Source: Candidatus Uhrbacteria bacterium
Lineage (GTDB): Bacteria > Patescibacteriota > Patescibacteriia > UBA9934
DNA: 64,000 nucleotides
NCBI GenBank assembly: GCA_963822405.1
Contig: CAWGHH010000001.1
Location: 227,717 to 291,716, forward strand
Reading direction: 5' to 3'
The notes under the pieces were generated by a model. The model saw only the letters and a program-made list of their open reading frames with translations. It had not been told where the DNA came from and made no database searches. Positions within the stretch are counted from its first letter, which is position 1. Each line of letters begins with the position of its first letter. Positions 49,938-58,929 of this stretch are shown here, piece by piece. A program made the translations under genes and the position numbers.

Positions 49938-51624
49938 AGGCGTGGGTGCTTTGTTGGGATTTTACAATCTGCACATATTCCGGCGAGGTTTCCATGAGTT
50001 CTGTATGCGTGCCGATGGCCAGTACTTCGCCCTCCATAAGCAAGATAATTTGGTTATACGTTTCGGCTGACGCTACTTTTTGAGTGACCGACACAAGCGT
50101 CATGAGGGGATAATTCTTTGTGATATTTTCAAGGACTTTTCGTTCCGTCTGTGCGTCGACGCGTGCAGTGAAATCATCCAGGAAGAGCACATTCGGTTTG
50201 TGCGCCAGGGCGCGAGCTAGCATGATGCGTTGCTTCTGTCCGCCGGAAAGATTCGTTCCACGCTCGGAGACGATAGTATCGAGTCCATCCGAGAGCGTTG
50301 AAACGAAGTCTTTGAGTTCCGCGGTAGCGATAGCGAGCTGTACGTCTTCCTTGCTAGCGTTTTGTCCAAAGGCAATGTTCTCGCGAAGCGTTAAGTTAAA
50401 GAGCACGCTATCTTGAAAGACGATGCCGAGGTGTGAACGGAGTTGGGTTTGGTCGTAATCAAAAAGTGGCTTGTCGTCGTACTTGATAATTCCCGTGTCT
50501 GGTTTAGTGAGGCCGGCGAGCAAATAGAGAAGCTGGGTTTTGCCGGCAGCAGTTGGTCCGATAATTGCTGTTCTCGTGTTTGGATGAATGTGAAACGAAA
50601 CGTTCTTCATGACCGCTTTGGTTTCGTACGAAAGGGAGACATCCTCGACGGACAACTCGCCCAAGAATTTACTTACTGGTTCGCCACCTTCCTTTTCTTC
50701 TGTTGCTTTGAGTACTTCTTCAATACGCGCGCAAGAAACCGCTGAGCGAGAAATTGCATTACTCATGAAACCAAGCATGAAGATAGGGAAGATGAGAATT
50801 CCGAGGTACGTCATGAAGGCAGCAAAGTCTCCAATCAACAAAGTGCCGTTAATGATGTATCGGCCGCCCAGGATCACCATCACGAGGAGTGCGCTGTTCG
50901 CAATTAGTGTGATGAGCGGAATCAAGCCAGCGAAGATTTTTAGTATCTGTAAACCAACATTTTTTGCATCTTCATTAGTTTTCAAGAAACGATCATATTC
51001 GAGTACCTGCGAGTTCAAGACGCGAATAATTGCCGCGCCAAGAATGCTCTCATTGATAACCGCGTTTAGCCGATCAATTACTTCTTGGCCTTTTTTGAAC
51101 AGTGGGCGAATATACCCAAAAAGCCCAAAGAGCGCGAACATAATAAGAGGAACAATCGACAAGACCGCTAGACCAAGTTTCCAGTTAATCGACAGCAGGA
51201 AATACGCTGCGCCAATGATGACGAAGAGGGAAGAAAGAACCGTTGGTACTGCCTGTGAGACAAACTGCTTAACTGCGTCAACATCAGACGAGAAGTAAGT
51301 AAGAAGAATAGACGGCGATTTTCTTTGCACAAAGAGGAAGTCTTGGCGCGAAATTTTTGTGGCCAGTTCGTTTCTCAGGTCTCTCGCTACTTTTTCCCCG
51401 ACCGTTGTTTGGAAAACGGCGAGTAGCGCTCCAAAGATGAAAATACCACCAGCAACCAGCGTGAACTCCGTTAAGATGGCAGACATTGAAAACACGCCCA
51501 GAGCGTACGTATTCATGGCTTTAGCAATGATTTTCGGGACAACTAGGTTCAGCATCTGCTGGCCAAGCGCCAAGCAGACAATCAGCGCTACGAGTGCTTT
51601 ATAGGATTTGAGGAGTTTGAGCAT
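49921..51624 (-). CDS. ABC exporter, fused permease/ATP-binding protein (heterodimer partner)
   Basis: 6-TM N-domain; GPTAAGKTQ, LSGGQKQRIMLARA, LFLDDFTARVD. Overlaps the downstream partner by 17 nt. Confidence 0.85.
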   Translation of the reverse strand: MLKLLKSYKALVALIVCLALGQQMLNLVVPKIIAKAMNTYALGVFSMSAILTEFTLVAGGIFIFGALLAVFQTTVGEKVARDLRNELATKISRQDFLFVQRKSPSILLTYFSSDVDAVKQFVSQAVPTVLSSLFVIIGAAYFLLSINWKLGLAVLSIVPLIMFALFGLFGYIRPLFKKGQEVIDRLNAVINESILGAAIIRVLNSQVLEYDRFLKTNEDAKNVGLQILKIFAGLIPLITLIANSALLVMVILGGRYIINGTLLIGDFAAFMTYLGILIFPIFMLGFMSNAISRSAVSCARIEEVLKATEEKEGGEPVSKFLGELSVEDVSLSYETKAVMKNVSFHIHPNTRTAIIGPTAAGKTQLLYLLAGLTKPDTGIIKYDDKPLFDYDQTQLRSHLGIVFQDSVLFNLTLRENIAFGQNASKEDVQLAIATAELKDFVSTLSDGLDTIVSERGTNLSGGQKQRIMLARALAHKPNVLFLDDFTARVDAQTERKVLENITKNYPLMTLVSVTQKVASAETYNQIILLMEGEVLAIGTHTELMETSPEYVQIVKSQQSTHAYELQS

Positions 51625-51680
51625 AGAATATGTAGGAACGAATATAATAACAAAACACCCGCCAAAAGGCGAGTGATTCG

Positions 51681-51757
51681 TGGTGCGCGCGGCAGGGTTC
51701 GAACCTGCGACCCCCAGCTCCGCAAGCTGATGCTCTATCCAGCTGAGCTACGCGCGC
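51681..51757 (-). tRNA. tRNA-Arg (anticodon GCG as read)
   Basis: Cloverleaf GCGCGCG-TA-GCTCAGCTGGATAGAGC-A-TCAGC-TTGCGGA-GCTGG-GGGTC-GCAGGTTCGAACCCTGC-CGCGCGC-A-CCA; CCA is encoded. Confidence 0.75.
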
Positions 51758-51801
51758 ACAATCTGAAACTATCTAAAGTGTCTTTTTGCGGAGAAAAAAC
51801 A

Positions 51802-52329
51802 TTATAATTTATACACTCTACGGAGGGTGTCTGTCAAACTTTCTCCTTCGCGATCAAGGTTCTCGAAGACATACGGTAAAAGGCCTTGTCTGACTTCATT
51901 TGGGTTCATGTCATCCAAATGAATGGAAAGTGTTGGCTGGAGTCTGCCCTGCATTGAAACGTAAAGATATTTGATATCTGGTGGAGCGTACGAGATAGAG
52001 AAATCTTTGATGATTTCGTAGGGGTAGAACTGGTCACCAAGGACTACGCCGGAGGTCGTTACATAGGCGCGAACCTTGGCTGGTTGCTTCAAGTCTCGCA
52101 TGAGGAGAATGACCGAGAACATTAAAAGAATGAGAGCGAACACAAAATTGGCCGTCATGAGTGCGTACAAAAGCATGGTCAGACCCAAGGCACCGGCGGC
52201 CACATACCAGCCGGTGGTCCGTTCTGACGGTGGATATTCCCAAGTTTCCCACGTAGCAATGACGTTTCCAACGTCAATATGCTCATGGGTTTCTTCTTCT
52301 TTTTGTTTTTTTACTGCCCCCTTTGCCAT
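51802..52329 (-). CDS. hypothetical membrane protein
   Basis: Two adjacent TM helices (WYVAAGALGLTMLLYALMTANFVFALILLMFSVILL) then a soluble C-terminal domain; start taken at MAKGAVKK. Confidence 0.35.
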   Translation of the reverse strand: MAKGAVKKQKEEETHEHIDVGNVIATWETWEYPPSERTTGWYVAAGALGLTMLLYALMTANFVFALILLMFSVILLMRDLKQPAKVRAYVTTSGVVLGDQFYPYEIIKDFSISYAPPDIKYLYVSMQGRLQPTLSIHLDDMNPNEVRQGLLPYVFENLDREGESLTDTLRRVYKL

Positions 52330-52409
52330 ATGCTTGCCCACAGTATAACATGAGCACGCTTGAAAAAGAGTCACAATTCAGGTAGTCTACGCCCGTTCGT
52401 CAAAACCGC

Positions 52410-52498
52410 GGAAGGGTGACCGAGTGGTTTAAGGTAACGGTCTTGAAAACCGTCGAGGTTAATAGCCTCCGCGAGTTCGAATCTCGCCCCTTCCGCCA
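52410..52498 (+). tRNA. tRNA-Ser (anticodon TGA)
   Basis: Long variable arm; anticodon stem-loop ACGGT-CTTGAAA-ACCGT; T-arm GAGTTCGAATCTC; CCA encoded. Confidence 0.8.
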
Positions 52499-52527
52499 GA
52501 AAATTGTTTGTTCCAAAAAAGCCTTGT

Positions 52528-52617
52528 GGAGAGATGGCCGAGTGGCTTAAGGCACAGGTTTGCTAAACCTGCGTACCTGAAAGGGTACCGGAGGTTCGAA
52601 TCCTCTTCTCTCCGCCA
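52528..52617 (+). tRNA. tRNA-Ser (anticodon GCT)
   Basis: Long variable arm; anticodon stem-loop CAGGT-TTGCTAA-ACCTG; T-arm GAGGTTCGAATCCTC; CCA encoded. Confidence 0.8.
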
Positions 52618-52683
52618 CAAACGCACCTTGAAAGAGGTGCTTTTGTATTATGAGGAAACTCCAGGTATTGTAGGGGGAATACT

Positions 52684-53238
52684 ATGAAGCGCGCTAAATT
52701 TCTCCAGACTTTTTTGAAGGACGTGTCGGTCGCGTCAGTAACGCCAACTTCCAGACGGGCAGTGAAAAAGATTTGTAGCAAGATCGATTTTGCTAAATCG
52801 GGAATGATTGTAGTTGAGTATGGGGCTGGTAGCGGTGTAGTGAGCGTTGAGCTATTGAAGCGGTTGCCGGCCGACGGGAAACTATTTTTGATCGAGCAGA
52901 ATACGGAGTTCGTTAATCACTTACGCGAGATACTTTTAGATCCTCGAGTAGTAATTTTCACTTCTTCGGCTGAACACGTTGAAACATTGCTGGCCGAGCA
53001 GGGAATCAATCATGCAGACGCAATTATTTCGAGCATTCCTTTTACATTTTTGCCACCGCTTGTCGCGAAATCGATTATCGAAAAATCGGCCAAGCTTTTG
53101 GGGTCAACCGGCGTCTTCGTGATGTTTCAATTCAATCCGCAGGCTAAGAAATTACTTAAGCAGTTTTTTGGAAAGATTGATTCTGGACTTGTCCTCTTGA
53201 ACATCCCGCCACTTTTAACTTGGAAAGCTAGAGCGTAA
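52684..53238 (+). CDS. class I SAM-dependent methyltransferase (small rRNA/lipid MTase-like)
   Basis: Motif I VVEYGAGSGVVS, acidic motif LFLIEQN. Confidence 0.55.
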   Translation: MKRAKFLQTFLKDVSVASVTPTSRRAVKKICSKIDFAKSGMIVVEYGAGSGVVSVELLKRLPADGKLFLIEQNTEFVNHLREILLDPRVVIFTSSAEHVETLLAEQGINHADAIISSIPFTFLPPLVAKSIIEKSAKLLGSTGVFVMFQFNPQAKKLLKQFFGKIDSGLVLLNIPPLLTWKARA

Positions 53239-53824
53239 CTGCGCCTCGACGAAGAACTGAAATTCGACCATCTTTTTCGTGTACCATGGTTGACGGTAAA
53301 TTGTGGGGGAGTGGACCGGCATTAATGATGGCGTCTGGTTTGAAGGCTTGTTTGCTAAAAGCCGCAATCAGACTCTCAAGGTCATAGAGTTCCGGTTCGC
53401 CGGAGATATTGGCACTTGTGGATACAATGGGGACGCCGAGTTGGTCGGCCAGAGCTTGAGCAATCGGGTGGCTTGATTGGCGCACCGAAATGGTCGAACC
53501 GGTCAGACATTGTTGGGCGATTTGATTGTTCTCTTTGACCGGCAACACAATGTTCAATGGTCCTGGCCAGTGTTTTTCGGCCAGCATCTTCAGTTGAGGT
53601 GACCAAGCGACATACTTCTCGCCGTAAGGGTCGGCGGACGGTAAAAGAATAGTTACACCTTTGTCCTCTGGCCTACCTTTGATCAAGAAAATTCTTTTTA
53701 CGGCTTCGGCATTCGTTGCGTCGCAGCCAATTCCGTAAGAGGTTTCGGTTGGATAAATAATCACTTTGCCGGTTTTGAGAAGTTCAACAGCTTCCTTGAT
53801 TTGGGTTGAAGAAAGGATTTTCAT
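53228..53824 (-). CDS. tsaC: L-threonylcarbamoyladenylate synthase TsaC/YrdC
   Basis: KVIIYPTETSYGIGCDATN...IFLIKGRP YrdC signature. Confidence 0.8.
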   Translation of the reverse strand: MKILSSTQIKEAVELLKTGKVIIYPTETSYGIGCDATNAEAVKRIFLIKGRPEDKGVTILLPSADPYGEKYVAWSPQLKMLAEKHWPGPLNIVLPVKENNQIAQQCLTGSTISVRQSSHPIAQALADQLGVPIVSTSANISGEPELYDLESLIAAFSKQAFKPDAIINAGPLPHNLPSTMVHEKDGRISVLRRGAVTL

Positions 53825-53893
53825 ACAGTTTTATTTTACACCATAGATCAGCACTTGCGTTTTTGCCAAGGCTTGGTATAATCCGCGGAACTT

Positions 53894-55968
53894 ATGGCAA
53901 TTCATTTGAAGGACTCGATCGCTTCTATTGCAACAATTGGCGCGGCCAAGGCGAAAGACTTTGCTAGGCTGGGCATCACAAATTTACACGAAGCACTTTT
54001 TGATTTTCCTTTTCGCTACGATGATTTGTCTCACGCAGTAGTGATTGCGGATGTAAAAGCCGGTCAGAAAGTGACGGTCGAGGGACCATCATGAATATTG
54101 AGAATCGTCAGAGTGCTAAGTCTAGAAAGATGATCATGACCGAGGCGATCATTGAAGACGGTACCGGCGCAATCAAGGCCGTTTGGTTTCACCAGGGCTT
54201 TTTGACTAAGGTTCTTAAGTCAGGACAGATTATTTCTTTGGCTGGCAAGGTCGATGACCGTTACGGTCTGTCCCTCGTGAATCCAGCGTATGAGGTAGTC
54301 GGCAGCGGAAAGATTGGCAAGGAAACTGGTCGAATTGTTCCGATTTATAAACTTACCGGTGCCTTGACTCAGAAGGTCCGCCGAAGAGTCGCTGAGGCTT
54401 CTCTTGGTTCAGTCAAAGAAGTTGAGGAATGGATGCCAGATAGAATTGTTTCAGAGGTTGAACTGATGGGACTTCACGGCGCTATCACTGAGCTACACTT
54501 TCCGTCGACGACTGAAGAAAAAGACAAGGCGTTGCGTCGTCTAAAATTTGACGAGTTTTTCTTGCACCAACTGTTGCACGCCAAGAGTCGTCGCGAGCTT
54601 AAGATGCGTAAGGCGCCAAAGGTTCCGTTTGACGAGGCCTACATGAAAGAGCTCGTAGCTGGCTTGCCTTTTGAATTAACTGGCGCGCAAAAGAAAGCTG
54701 TTTGGGCGATTATTAAGGATATGAATCGTCCGGAACCAATGAACCGGTTGCTTGAAGGTGACGTTGGTAGTGGTAAGACTGTTGTGGCGGCGTTAGTAGC
54801 TTGCAATGCATCAAAAGACGGTTGGCAGACGGCCATGTTGGCACCGACCGAGATCCTGGCCGAGCAACACGCTCAAACTTTGCAGAAACTATTTGGCTCT
54901 AGATTAACGATTGCGCTTTACACTCGAACAAAACGACGCGTGGGTGGCAAAGAGGTGACTAAGGCTCAGCTACTTTCCGCGCTTAAAAACGGCGCCGCTC
55001 AATTTGTCGTTGGCACACATGCGTTGCTGACACAGGATGTGTTGTTCGACCGTCTAGGATTGATTGTAGTGGACGAACAACACCGTTTTGGTGTGAAGCA
55101 ACGCCAGGCACTTAAGGACAAGCAGGGCGATCAGGACGGTATCCCCCACTTGCTGTCGATGACCGCTACGCCGATTCCTCGCTCGCTCGCACTCGTGCTT
55201 TACGGTGACCTCGACCGCTCAATTTTGAACGAATACCCAGCTGGTAGAAAACCAATTTTGACTGAGATGGTCGAGCTTGGCCGGGAAGAGCCAATTTACG
55301 AAATGATGCGCGAGCAAATGGCTTCTGGTCGGCAGATTTTTGTGGTCTGTCCTTTGATCGACGAGTCTGACGCGCTTGGTGTGAACTCTGTGCACGAGGT
55401 GTATCAGGAGTTTATGCTTGAGGCTTTCCGTGGCTTCAAAGTTTCCATGTTGCATGGTCGCATGAAGACTAAGGAGAAGGACGACGTCATGCGTGAATTT
55501 GCTGAGGGCAGATCGAACATGCTCATCTCGACAACGGTAGTCGAGGTTGGCGTTGACGTACCAAACGCAACAGTTATGTACGTTGAAGGTGCCGAGCGTT
55601 TCGGTCTGGCGCAGCTTCACCAGCTTCGCGGACGTGTTGGCCGTGGCGAACACCAGAGCTATTGTTATTTGCATCCCTCCGGCATCTTGGGTGAGGTTGC
55701 TTATGAGCGCATGAAGGCCATTGAAAACAGCCAGGACGGTTTTGACTTGGCCGAGCGTGATCTCCAGCTCCGTGGTCCAGGTAGTGTCTTCGGCACAAAC
55801 CAGTCCGGCTTCGACCAGTTCAAGCTCGGTACCATGAATGACATTGATCTCATGTCTCACGCTAAGGATTTCTCAAAAGAAGTCCTCGACGAAAGCCCCG
55901 ACCTCACTAACTATCCCAAACTCCGCGCCCGTTTGTACGAATACGTTGACGAAGTGCACTTCGAATAA
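53894..55968 (+). CDS. recG: ATP-dependent DNA helicase RecG (frame break at GGG run 54082-54084 between wedge domain and helicase core)
   Basis: The N-terminal segment (FDFPFRYDD...KVTVEG) is in frame 2 and ends at TGA 54092. The helicase core (GDVGSGKT, DEQHRFG, QLRGRVGRG) is in frame 1, starting at ATG 54091. Confidence 0.8.
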
Positions 55969-55975
55969 GGAAACT

Positions 55976-56059
55976 AAAAAGTCAGTATTGTCTCGAAAAT
56001 GGAGTCGGCCAGTAATGTACGGCGCCCTCCTGGCATTTTCTCGACAACACTGACTTTTT
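55976..56059. terminator. long hairpin (bidirectional terminator) between convergent recG and DUF4325 genes
   Basis: AAAAAGTCAGTATTGTC...GACAACACTGACTTTTT, ~17-bp stem with a 37-nt loop; a compact paralog is at 57176-57215. Confidence 0.45.
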
Positions 56060-56067
56060 GTTTTCCT

Positions 56068-56355
56068 TTACTTGTTGAACGTGAAACCGTGTACCTCTTC
56101 AAGAATTTGTAGAGTAGCCTTAACAGATGGATTCTCAGTATTGGCCAGAAGGAGGTTGGCTCCGTACATTTCGTGGAGCGGTTTGAGGAATTCATCGCCC
56201 CACGAGGGAGAGAAAGTGATGACGCCAGTAAAGTCGATGGTAATAATTTGATCGGTTGAGACCTCTGGTAGGCTTGGTCTGAAAGCGGCGAATGCTTCGC
56301 GACCAGCCTGACGAGAGGTGAGAGTGGTTCCAAATTTGCTGAGAGCGATAGTCAT
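56068..56355 (-). CDS. DUF4325 / STAS-like domain protein (candidate antagonist partner of the upstream GHKL ATPase)
   Basis: MTIALSKFGTTLTSRQAGREAFAAF...QIITIDFTGVITFSPSWGDEF resembles the STAS-like DUF4325 family; start taken at the internal Met. Confidence 0.45.
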   Translation of the reverse strand: MTIALSKFGTTLTSRQAGREAFAAFRPSLPEVSTDQIITIDFTGVITFSPSWGDEFLKPLHEMYGANLLLANTENPSVKATLQILEEVHGFTFNK

Positions 56356-56365
56356 ATAGGGATAT

Positions 56366-57091
56366 TTAATACTGAATATACACAAACGTTCCATTTATTG
56401 GGTGCGATGAAGTTAGTATTTCAAGCGATCGGTTTCCTTGTGCGAGATGAACGATGGCATTACCAGATTGAAATGATAGTTTGATGGGGTTATGATTTAC
56501 GACTGAGCGTACGAACTTTAGTCCGTTGCCTCTGTTTTCTGGAGCTCGACCGGTCACCACCTCGGTAAAAGCTGTTTGCAGTGCTTCTGAATCATTAGTT
56601 AGGTTTTGTCTGACACGTTTGAGTGTAGCTAGAATTCCTTGCCCTCGGTCCGCTAGAACGATATATTTTTTGTTAAGGTCGAAGGCAAAGAAAATACCCG
56701 GAACATCTGGCCAGTTGCCAAGGTTATGATCAAATGAGTTATTTCCAATTTCGCCGGCAATTGCAACCCAGAGTGGGAAGTCTTGGGAAATGCCCGGAGT
56801 CTGTTGCAGGGCAGTTTGAAATCTATTTAGTCGAGTTTGGAACGTGCCGCTGTTTGGGCAATACTGAGCCATGGGTGGTGGCTCGCTTTGGGCGCTGGTT
56901 GCCCAGTCTTGAGCGATTTTAGCCAAATCCTTTGAGAATATATCTATAGTCCACTGATGATATCTTCGGTGCCCGCCAGGAGATACAAAATCCGCTCGGA
57001 GTTTGCCTGATTTGTCCCATCTTCGGAGTGTTTGGAGATTGACCCCCAGGAGCTCTGCAGCCTCTGAAATACTGAGCATTTCGGTATCCAT
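56366..57091 (-). CDS. MerR-type HTH fused to GHKL (HATPase_c) ATPase, anti-sigma-factor/RsbW-like kinase
   Basis: N-terminal HTH LSISEAAELLGVNLQTLRRWDKSGKL; C-terminal N-box EIGNNSFDHN, G1 DRGQGI, G2 GNGLKF. Confidence 0.55.
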   Translation of the reverse strand: MDTEMLSISEAAELLGVNLQTLRRWDKSGKLRADFVSPGGHRRYHQWTIDIFSKDLAKIAQDWATSAQSEPPPMAQYCPNSGTFQTRLNRFQTALQQTPGISQDFPLWVAIAGEIGNNSFDHNLGNWPDVPGIFFAFDLNKKYIVLADRGQGILATLKRVRQNLTNDSEALQTAFTEVVTGRAPENRGNGLKFVRSVVNHNPIKLSFQSGNAIVHLAQGNRSLEILTSSHPINGTFVYIQY

Positions 57092-57107
57092 ATAGATAAA
57101 ATCTATA
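57091..57107 (+). promoter_or_regulatory. palindrome TATAGAT-aaa-ATCTATA abutting the MerR-HTH gene start
   Basis: Perfect 7-bp inverted repeat at -17..-1 relative to the start codon; AT-rich CTATACA-type direct repeats follow upstream. Confidence 0.3.
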
Positions 57108-57175
57108 CATTTATAGTAAAAACCTATACAAAACTATACATAAACATACAAAATCTGTCAACGGTCAACGAAAAC

Positions 57176-57215
57176 AAAAAGTCAGTATTGTCTTTTCTCG
57201 ACAACACCGACTTTT
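57176..57215 (-). terminator. hairpin terminator after surface-protein operon (compact copy of the 55976 hairpin)
   Basis: AAAAAGTCAGTATTGTC-ttttc-TCGACAACACCGACTTTTT. Confidence 0.45.
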
Positions 57216-57229
57216 TGGTTTCGTTTGGC

Positions 57230-58922
57230 CTAGAACGCGAGCGTACCACCGTTGGCGGTAAGATGCTTTACATACATTCCGTCAATGTTGACACCCGTGT
57301 TCGTTGAATCAGACCAGTTCATGCCCTTGAGGAGGGGTTTGGATGGGACAAGTGGTTCGGCTGGGAGGTCGAAGCGAATGACGTCGTCATCAGCTGAGCT
57401 GGCACCCGTTGCGTCGAAGTAAAGGGCAAACGTGTGGCTAGTGCCCTTTGTAATTACTGATGCAGTTGGGAGATTGATCCTTATGAAAGTTACGTTACCA
57501 GACGAAACGCAGGCTACTCCATTGCTATCCATGAGCGTCCAGTTGGTGTCTGCAGTATCAAGTGAGGTGCTTGAGTCCTGGTATAGGTCATAGATGTCGA
57601 AGTCTGCAGCCACAGTGTTGCCGCAGAGGTTCCAGCCAGTATTTGCGTTATCATTTGAGCTCATCTTAAAAGTGAGTGCATTAAGAACTACATCATCGCC
57701 TGCACTGGCTGCTACGTTAAAGCGAATCACTTCATTTCGACCGACAACTGCAGAACCCGATGGGCTGGAAGATGCGATGGAAATTGTGGGGCGAGTTTCG
57801 CGGAGAGTGAACGTTCCTCCCTGATAACCAACCCCCATTTCAACTTCTGTGATTACATTTCCTGAGGTCATGCCAATAGCTTTGAAGACACCGCCAGGTA
57901 AGAAGCCGAATGCTTCGCTGAAGGTCATGCCTGAGGCTCCGTTTCCTGTATTGCTGATATCGGCAGTATCTACGAACACTTCAATCACGGCTGCATTTGA
58001 AGCGCCGGTAGGAACGAAAAGGGTCAGGCCAGTGAATTTGACGAGATGATTTGAGACCGCTCCGATGCTGGTAACGGTCGCTCCGGTTGCATCTTTGTAG
58101 GAGATCTTCACGGTTTTAACAGCTGCATCATCGCCAACATTTTTAATGGTCAACGTTTGAACTGTATACGGCTCGTTAGTAGCGGTGAGTTTGAATACGC
58201 CGGCTTTGACAGTGCTATTCGCAAGAGCGATGTTGTTCGGGGTATTTGGATCAACGGAAAGACTGAGATTGCCGTGATCTTTAACTGTTATAGCAACTGA
58301 TTGTGAGGCGTTAACTCCTGGATCTTTTGGTCTCGCCAATATAGATACGGGCACCGGGTAGTGCACTCCCTTGGCCGTTTTCTGCGGATACATCAGTGTC
58401 GCTGTTAACAGAAAAGGCATAAATATCTGGGCTTGATCCATCTGGAGGAACGTTCGCAAAAGTACAATGAAGTGAATAGCCTCTTCCGGCATTAGCAGGA
58501 ATGGTAAGGTCTAGGTTTTCAAAAATTGCCCGTCCCAAATTATCAACTAGCACTGGAGCGGTAAGCGAATGACCTTGAAGATCCCAAAGCTGACAATTCG
58601 AGATGTGATCAGCTGGAGTTACGTTATTTTCTACACTCGCAAAGGTTCCGTCAGAATCGCCGATGACGTTAAATATAAGGCGCTTAACTCTGACGGGTTT
58701 GTTTTGTGCTTGAAGACTTATCGCTAGAACAGGATCAAGTCCAGTGCCAACAACTACTGCATGAGAAATAGTTTGAGGAACAGTTTTAACAACTAGAATT
58801 GGCAAAGCATTATTCGCCGCAATCACAAACCCCGCCGCTGCGGCGAGTAAGCCGGTGCCCATGATGGCAATGCCGACTAGGGCACTGGTTGTTGTTTGAA
58901 CTGCTGTTGATGTTTGTTGCAT
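57230..58922 (-). pseudogene. surface-protein paralog B, frameshifted near 58340-58390
   Basis: The ORF 58311-58949 (N-terminal part, frame 2) and the ORF 57230-58492 (C-terminal part, frame 1) together give 573 codons, against 572 for intact paralog A. They are collinear with A on both sides of the overlap. Confidence 0.5.
58830..58922 (-). repeat. 93-bp exact repeat (5' end of paralog B coding region), identical to 60556-60648
   Basis: Encodes the shared MQQTSTAVQTTTSALVGIAIMGTGLLAAAAGFVIAA signal anchor. Confidence 0.7.
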
Positions 58923-58929
58923 ATTGTAT

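Noticed and set aside
52563-52781. Minus-strand ORF across the tRNA-Ser(GCT) gene
   Set aside because: It overlaps a confidently folded tRNA and the start of the methyltransferase gene.
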